Assembly: GCA_963665235.2 (NCBI GenBank)
Contig: CAXXLX010000001.1
Coordinates: 32,001-96,000 of the forward strand
Reading direction: 5' to 3'
DNA from: Candidatus Poribacteria bacterium
Lineage (GTDB): Bacteria; Poribacteria; WGA-4E; WGA-3G
Length of the DNA stretch: 64,000 nt
Made by a program: the position numbers and the translations under genes. The notes beneath the pieces were generated by a model. The model worked only from the letters and a program-made list of their open reading frames with translations, ran no database searches and was not told the origin of the DNA. This document shows, piece by piece, positions 60,301-64,000 of the stretch (position 1 is its first letter; the number at the start of each line of letters is the position of its first letter).

Positions 60301-63300
60301 TGTTCTCTCTTCAAAACGGACAGTTATACTACTGATAGGAACATCCAGCTCGGTGATTTGATGGGCTAAAAGTGCTGTCGGGGTCTCTCCGGTATTTACA
60401 AGCACTGCGCTTAGCTTCGGCACTACCGAATCGTAGACGAACGCGTGCTGCGAATCGACACGGTTGCCCGCCTTATCAATCAGGGATACGTTTAAACTAT
60501 ACCTACCATCAGCACTCCCATCTCCAGGAAACGGGGTAGGCAAGGTCAGATAGAGCTGCCGCGTCAGCGTATTATGTGTGATAGCGGCAGATACAGGTTC
60601 TTCGCTAGCATCAACCAATGTGATTTTTTGCGCAGACCAATCAAAACCAGCAGGTCCAACATCTTCAATCGTAAAGGCGAATTGGTGCAAACTACCGCCG
60701 ACATAAGAGACCGGTGCGCTGAGAGTGATGGGCGATGCAGCGGTGATGCGCGGGGTTTGTGTATCATAAATGAACTGCCGTTGCACAGCAATACCTGTAC
60801 GCCCCGCGTTATCCATAGGCGTGATGGTCACTGTATAACGTCCATCCGCACTCCCATCCGTTGGCAATGAAAGCGGGTGCCATATCAGTTGAGTGTCACC
60901 ATTCGCACGGGTTTCGCCCGGCACTGTGTTACCGGTCGGACCTGTGACAATGATACTCGATTCACCCTCCGATAAGGCTAAACCCGCACCACTCCCATCG
61001 GTAAACGTCGCTATGATTTCCGTATCAGGGCCATTTAGAAAAACAGCATCGCCTGATACACCGCCTAAGGACACAGTGCTGACGCGCGGTAAATCAAACA
61101 TTAAGCGGAACGGGTATTGCAACGCACCTTGAACAGCATTACCCGCTATATCCACCGGAGACACTGAAAACGTATATCTACCACCTTGGGTGAGGGACAC
61201 AAAACTGACCGTAAGTTGGTCAATGTTGTTGCTCTCTAACGTAAATGGGATGGGGGTGCCGCTCTGTTCTGATAAGGTGACACTGGTATTGTCGAAGTCA
61301 ACCCGCGTTCTCTCTTCAAAACGGACGGTTATACTACTGACAGGCACATCCAGCTCGGTGATTTGATGGGCTAAAAGTGCTGTCGGGGTCTCTCCGGTAT
61401 TTACAAGCACTGCGCTTAGCTTCGGCACTACCGAGTCGTAGATGAACGCGTGTTGCGAATCAACACGGTTCCCTGCCTTGTCAATCAGGGATACGTCTAA
61501 AGTATACTCCCCATCAGCACTTCCATCTCTAGGAAACGGGGCAGGCAATGTCAGATAGAGCTGCTGTGTTAGCGCATTATGTGTCATAGTAGCAGATACA
61601 GGTGCTTCGCCAGCGTCGACCAATGCGATTTCTTGCGCCTCCCAATCAAAACCGGCAGGACCAACATCTTCAATCGTAAAACTGAATTGGTGCAAACTCC
61701 CACCGACATAAGAGACCGGTTCGCTGAGAATGATGGGCGATGCAGCGGTGATACGTGGGGTTTGTGTATCGTAAATGAACTGCCGTTGTGCGGTGATGCC
61801 CGTTCTCCCTGCGTTATCCATAGGTGTGACGGTCACCGTATACCGACCATCCGCACTCCCATCCGTTGGGAGTGAAATCGGTTTCCACATTAGTTGAGTG
61901 CGTCCGTTTGTTTGTATCTGTCCTGGCACCGTATTTCCCGTGGGTCCTGTGACGATGATAGTTGATTCACCCTCTTTTAGTGCTAAGCCTGGGCCACTAC
62001 CATCGGCGAGTGTTGCGATGATTTCGGTATCATGAGCATTAATGTACCACAAACCGTCAATTTGCAAGCCGCCTAATGTCACGCTGCTGACGCTGGGTAA
62101 GGTGAACGTTAGATGGAACGGGTATTGCACTGCGCCTTGGACAGTATTACCGGCTATATCTTGCGGTGTCACTGAGAGTGTATATCTACCACCCACGGCT
62201 AAGGCAACAAAATTAACTGTGAGTTGGTCAATGCCATTGTTCGCTAAGGTGAGCGGGACCGATTGTGCATCCGGTCCTGTCAAGGTGATTAGCGTATTAG
62301 CAAAGTCAACGCGTGTTGCCTCCGCAAACGAAACGTTTATACTGCTGATTGCCAATCCCTCATTACTAATTGTTATATCAGTCAGTTGTTGTGATGTAAG
62401 GGGCACCGTAAGCCCCGCCGGGATTTCAGTCATGTTTACCAACACAGATTCGACTGCCGGTGCTTGGGAATCGTAAATGAATGTGTGTTCTGCCTCATAT
62501 TCATTTCCCGCTTTATCCAAGAGGTAAACGATTAGGGTGTATGGACCATCTGCGCTGCCATCTGTGGCTAACGTCTCAGTGAGCGTGAAAAAGAGTTCAA
62601 CAGGCTGCTCGCGGGGGATTTGGGGTGTGTGTGTCACCTTTCCATCAACGAGGTCGCCATTAGGTTTGACAAGTCTGACCCATGGTGCATCTAACACGAG
62701 GGATGCAGGGCCAACATCTTCCGCCGTGACGCTCAGGTATGTCAAACCGCCGCGGACATAACGGACCGGCTGACTCAAGTCAATTGGGTCGGCACCTATT
62801 ATCCGGGGGGCTTGTGTATCATAGACAAATTGCCGGGATGCAGCATCGCCGGTTCTACCCGCTTTATCTTTAGGGGTGACGGTCACCGTGTAGCGTCCAT
62901 CCGCGCTGCCATCTGTTGGGAGCGATAGGGGTCGCCATATAAGTTGCCAGACATTCTCCGAACGTTTTTCACTCCTACTGCTTCCGGGGATGGAAAGTCC
63001 AGCCGCATTTGTGACCACGATGCTAGATTCTCCTTCGTCTAACGCTAGGCCAGTGCCGGTTGTATCTGCCAACGTCGCGACGATTTCTACGCTCCCGCCG
63101 TTCACAAACGGAACAGCATCACTCTTACCCCCTATCAACATCCACCTCACAACAGGCACATCTATGTCTAGACGGAATCGATAGACAAACGGATATTGAG
63201 AGACATTGCCGATTTTATCCATTGGCGTAATAGCGAGCGTATAAATACCAGGTTGATATAAGCTTAGAAAATCAAGCGTCAAAACTGCATCGCTGTTATA

Positions 63301-64000
63301 ACTTCGGTTAATCGCGATATCGGTGTCGTTAGGGCCTTTTAGAGAGATTACACTGTTTTCAAAGTTAATGTCCTTATCAGTTGCAACCGTTATGTAGGAG
63401 AACGTTTCAGCAATGTTTGCTGTACTCTCACGAGAAAGTTCAACCATAGGGTACGTAGAAACGTGGACGTTGTGAATTTCGGGGAATTGCGTATCTAAGT
63501 CCACCTGTAAGTTTTGGCTAAAACCTTGCCCGGCAAAATCTATCACAGTCGCCTCGATACTGTATTCGCCATCTGCTGTGCCATCTCTTGGGATTAAAGC
63601 ATCGGTGTGCCAAGTTAACCGATTGTTCGCTGTATCGGTTTCTATCTTGGCTTGAGGGACAATCTGCCCTGCCGGATTTCGGACAACGAGTGTCGATGCC
63701 TCCAAATCAATGCCTGCACCTATATAATTGAGAATCTGCACGGTGATAGTACTTAAACTCGACACCGTTTCGCTGTGAGGCGTTATCAATTGTACCTGCG
63801 GTTGTTTTCGGCTGACAAGATAGAATTTCCGCCGAACAGCAGCCCCGGTATTACCTACGACATCCATTGCACTGACCTGAATTGTGTAGGTGTCATCATC
63901 TGAACCATCCAATGCAATCGGTTCCAAAAGTGTAAGTGTAGCGGTGTCTATACCGTCACTTGAAACATTTACTGGCACATCAACTTCGTTTCCACTGGAA
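54364..64000 (-). CDS. Giant Ig-like (Big) repeat protein with a FlgD/T9SS-like C-terminal domain; N-terminus outside the window
   Basis: Frame is open to the window end; repeated DGSADGRY..DKAGN..YDT modules; C-terminal WPNPL...IYDWSG...WNL.N..G..VARGLYIF...GKILVV. Confidence 0.9.
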   Translation of the reverse strand, partial: SSGNEVDVPVNVSSDGIDTATLTLLEPIALDGSDDDTYTIQVSAMDVVGNTGAAVRRKFYLVSRKQPQVQLITPHSETVSSLSTITVQILNYIGAGIDLEASTLVVRNPAGQIVPQAKIETDTANNRLTWHTDALIPRDGTADGEYSIEATVIDFAGQGFSQNLQVDLDTQFPEIHNVHVSTYPMVELSRESTANIAETFSYITVATDKDINFENSVISLKGPNDTDIAINRSYNSDAVLTLDFLSLYQPGIYTLAITPMDKIGNVSQYPFVYRFRLDIDVPVVRWMLIGGKSDAVPFVNGGSVEIVATLADTTGTGLALDEGESSIVVTNAAGLSIPGSSRSEKRSENVWQLIWRPLSLPTDGSADGRYTVTVTPKDKAGRTGDAASRQFVYDTQAPRIIGADPIDLSQPVRYVRGGLTYLSVTAEDVGPASLVLDAPWVRLVKPNGDLVDGKVTHTPQIPREQPVELFFTLTETLATDGSADGPYTLIVYLLDKAGNEYEAEHTFIYDSQAPAVESVLVNMTEIPAGLTVPLTSQQLTDITISNEGLAISSINVSFAEATRVDFANTLITLTGPDAQSVPLTLANNGIDQLTVNFVALAVGGRYTLSVTPQDIAGNTVQGAVQYPFHLTFTLPSVSSVTLGGLQIDGLWYINAHDTEIIATLADGSGPGLALKEGESTIIVTGPTGNTVPGQIQTNGRTQLMWKPISLPTDGSADGRYTVTVTPMDNAGRTGITAQRQFIYDTQTPRITAASPIILSEPVSYVGGSLHQFSFTIEDVGPAGFDWEAQEIALVDAGEAPVSATMTHNALTQQLYLTLPAPFPRDGSADGEYTLDVSLIDKAGNRVDSQHAFIYDSVVPKLSAVLVNTGETPTALLAHQITELDVPVSSITVRFEERTRVDFDNTSVTLSEQSGTPIPFTLESNNIDQLTVSFVSLTQGGRYTFSVSPVDIAGNAVQGALQYPFRLMFDLPRVSTVSLGGVSGDAVFLNGPDTEIIATFTDGSGAGLALSEGESSIIVTGPTGNTVPGETRANGDTQLIWHPLSLPTDGSADGRYTVTITPMDNAGRTGIAVQRQFIYDTQTPRITAASPITLSAPVSYVGGSLHQFAFTIEDVGPAGFDWSAQKITLVDASEEPVSAAITHNTLTRQLYLTLPTPFPGDGSADGRYSLNVSLIDKAGNRVDSQHAFVYDSVVPKLSAVLVNTGETPTALLAHQITELDVPISSITVRFEERTRVDFDNTSVTLVEQSGTPIPFTLESNNIDQLTISFVALTQGGRYTLSVSPVDIAGNAVQGALQYPFRLMFDLPRVSTVSLGGVSGDAVFLNGPDTEIIATFTDGSGAGLALSEGESSIIVTGPSGNTVPGETRVNGDTQLIWHPLSLPTDGSADGRYTVTITPMDNAGRTGIAVQRQFIYDTQTPRITAALPITLSAPVSYVGGSLHQFAFTIEDVGPAGFDWSAQKITLVDASEEPVSATMTHNELTQQLHLTLPAPFPGDGSADGRYSLNVSLIDKAGNRVDSQHAFVYDSVVPKLSDVLVNTAETPITLVAHQVTELDVPISSITVRFEERTRVDFDNTSVTLVEQSGTPIPFTLESNNIDQLTISFVALTQGGRYTLSVSPVDIAGNAVQGALQYPFRLMFDLPRVSTVSLGGVSGDAVFLNGPDTEIIATFTDGSGAGLALSEGESSIIVTGPSGNTVPGETRANGDTQLIWHPLSLPTDGSADGRYTVTITPMDNAGRTGIAVQRQFIYDTQTPRITAALPITLSAPVSYVGGSLHQFAFTIEDVGPAGFDWSAQKITLVDASEEPVSATMTHNELTQQLHLTLPAPFPGDGSADGRYSLNVSLIDKAGNRVDSQHAFVYDSVVPKLSDVLVNTAETPITLVAHQVTELDVPISSITVRFEERTRVDFDNTSVTLVEQSGTPIPFTLESNNIDQLTISFVALTQGGRYTLSVSPVDIAGNAVQGALQYPFRLMFDLPRVSTVSLGGVSGDAVFLNGPDTEIIATFTDGSGAGLALSEGESSIIVTGPSGNTVPGETRANGDTQLIWHPLSLPTDGSADGRYTVTITPMDNAGRTGIAVQRQFIYDTQTPRITAASPITLSEPVSYLSGSLHQFTFTIEDVGPAGFDWEAQKIALVDVADRPILSALTRNELTQQLYLTLPAPFPGDGSADGRYSLNVSLIDKAGNRIDSQHIFVYDSVVPKISDVLVNTTPDPLSLVPHQVTELAKSISSITVQFEETTRVDFEMTTVTLTNESDEVIPLTLEHNGISQLTAHLVGLTQSGLYTFGVTAQDIAGNISQSAVQYPFRLQFILPTVGSVVIGESITSGSGDVAYANARNMRIDATLLDPAGVGLALDETGSNITVTTPDATVVPGTLTTNGTDLIRWEPITLSTDGSSDGKYAVYITPIDKAGRQGSTVYREFIYDTQAPKITAAEPVDLSQPVSYISESLTQLNLTIQDVGPADLELADQAISLRDASGRLLPTQLTYNNELYRVFLTLTEPLPLDGSRDGQYTVVIALSDKAGNVLDVEHTIVYDTQVPTLISTNPADKALITEDITQIQVTLDDKGESGIDWKNTTVTLVDPNGTAISGELASDGKTQLTLNTNQLVEDGRYIIRVNAVDRAGNGNASIFEHSFLLSRHLPAIVSTVPATAPIDEAFTSEKVERIEVALQTDDEHHLSTLQLLNPAGQVIAGQQQREPNRLIYNLVRPLATDGSEDGRYTIEFTPISGSGRSGDMQKLVFMYDTQSPEIEPEAIRLIVAEPAANNALMEIHADLTDNSAGIDWKNLDEEWITFEQLSPNATQISGRVSHNGEATLIFRLTVPLADNGSADGEYRITITPIDLAGNGDTSYEKVFTYDTTPPFIDVSTLLINDIPLLVDTNAVDYPTAISTTTGVVIQASVTDTGLGVDLSQSNIVVRDPTGAEISGNTQQNGVDTLIFKSDGLNFQGPYQVTVTGIGNDSERLGFAPRGTITTQFLYETTEPTATLTSDGGKTELTDEALPLQGTATDPAGTRPRGQGGGDGGEVPVPASGVWLVEIIGTGPDGQPIEPVPAEDESDAQEEPWSRWSIDFFPSRSGEYDLDIRVTDKAGNFSVYDGGEYTMSVSFSFRGATFGWPNPLRRTKGGVAFFSFDLNAEETVDLTLHIYDWSGDIVRSQTYPNVASGKRNDQLIKWNLENQAGTTVARGLYIFRLEAVNAAGNRANAVGKILVVD
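57390..61900 (-). repeat. Intragenic 1005-bp (335-aa) tandem repeats, about 4.5 highly similar units plus diverged outer units
   Basis: Equivalent shadow ORFs at 57878, 58883, 59888 and 60893 give an exact 1005-bp period. Confidence 0.95.

Noticed and set aside
57372-61875. Recurrent 64-106-aa ORFs
   Set aside because: Shadow frames of the 1005-bp repeats in the giant gene.

Overview
Bacterial chromosomal window, most likely Candidatus Poribacteria. This is an inference from tandem PhyH dioxygenases, internalin-like LRR lipoproteins, PSD1/DUF1501 pairs, a dockerin+FlgD-type protein and C-terminal TWxxIK tails. Housekeeping genes: argC-lpxB-lpxK, two GT9 heptosyltransferases, pyrK, bioB, nadA and a class IV aminotransferase. 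Mobile DNA: two IS608-like IS200/IS605 elements with near-identical left ends and an inferred TTAT target (one with an HUH-mutant TnpA, one tnpB-only), a truncated IS607 whose DPG-type (pro-Fanzor-like) TnpB frame overlaps tnpA, two MITE families with target-site duplications, and several nested REP-like repeat families. Accessory loci: an ECF sigma module with a duplicated promoter motif, two paralogous unknown proteins and three 7Fe ferredoxins; a PSD1-LRR-LRR-DUF1501-LRR-DUF1501 cluster; an orphan Rpn C-terminal (RpnS-like) gene; a type IIG restriction-modification enzyme; and a PorV-like barrel next to a >3200-aa Ig-repeat protein with a T9SS-like C-terminal domain. No tRNA, rRNA or true CRISPR-Cas locus was recognised. 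All calls come from reading motifs by eye; no database searches were run.
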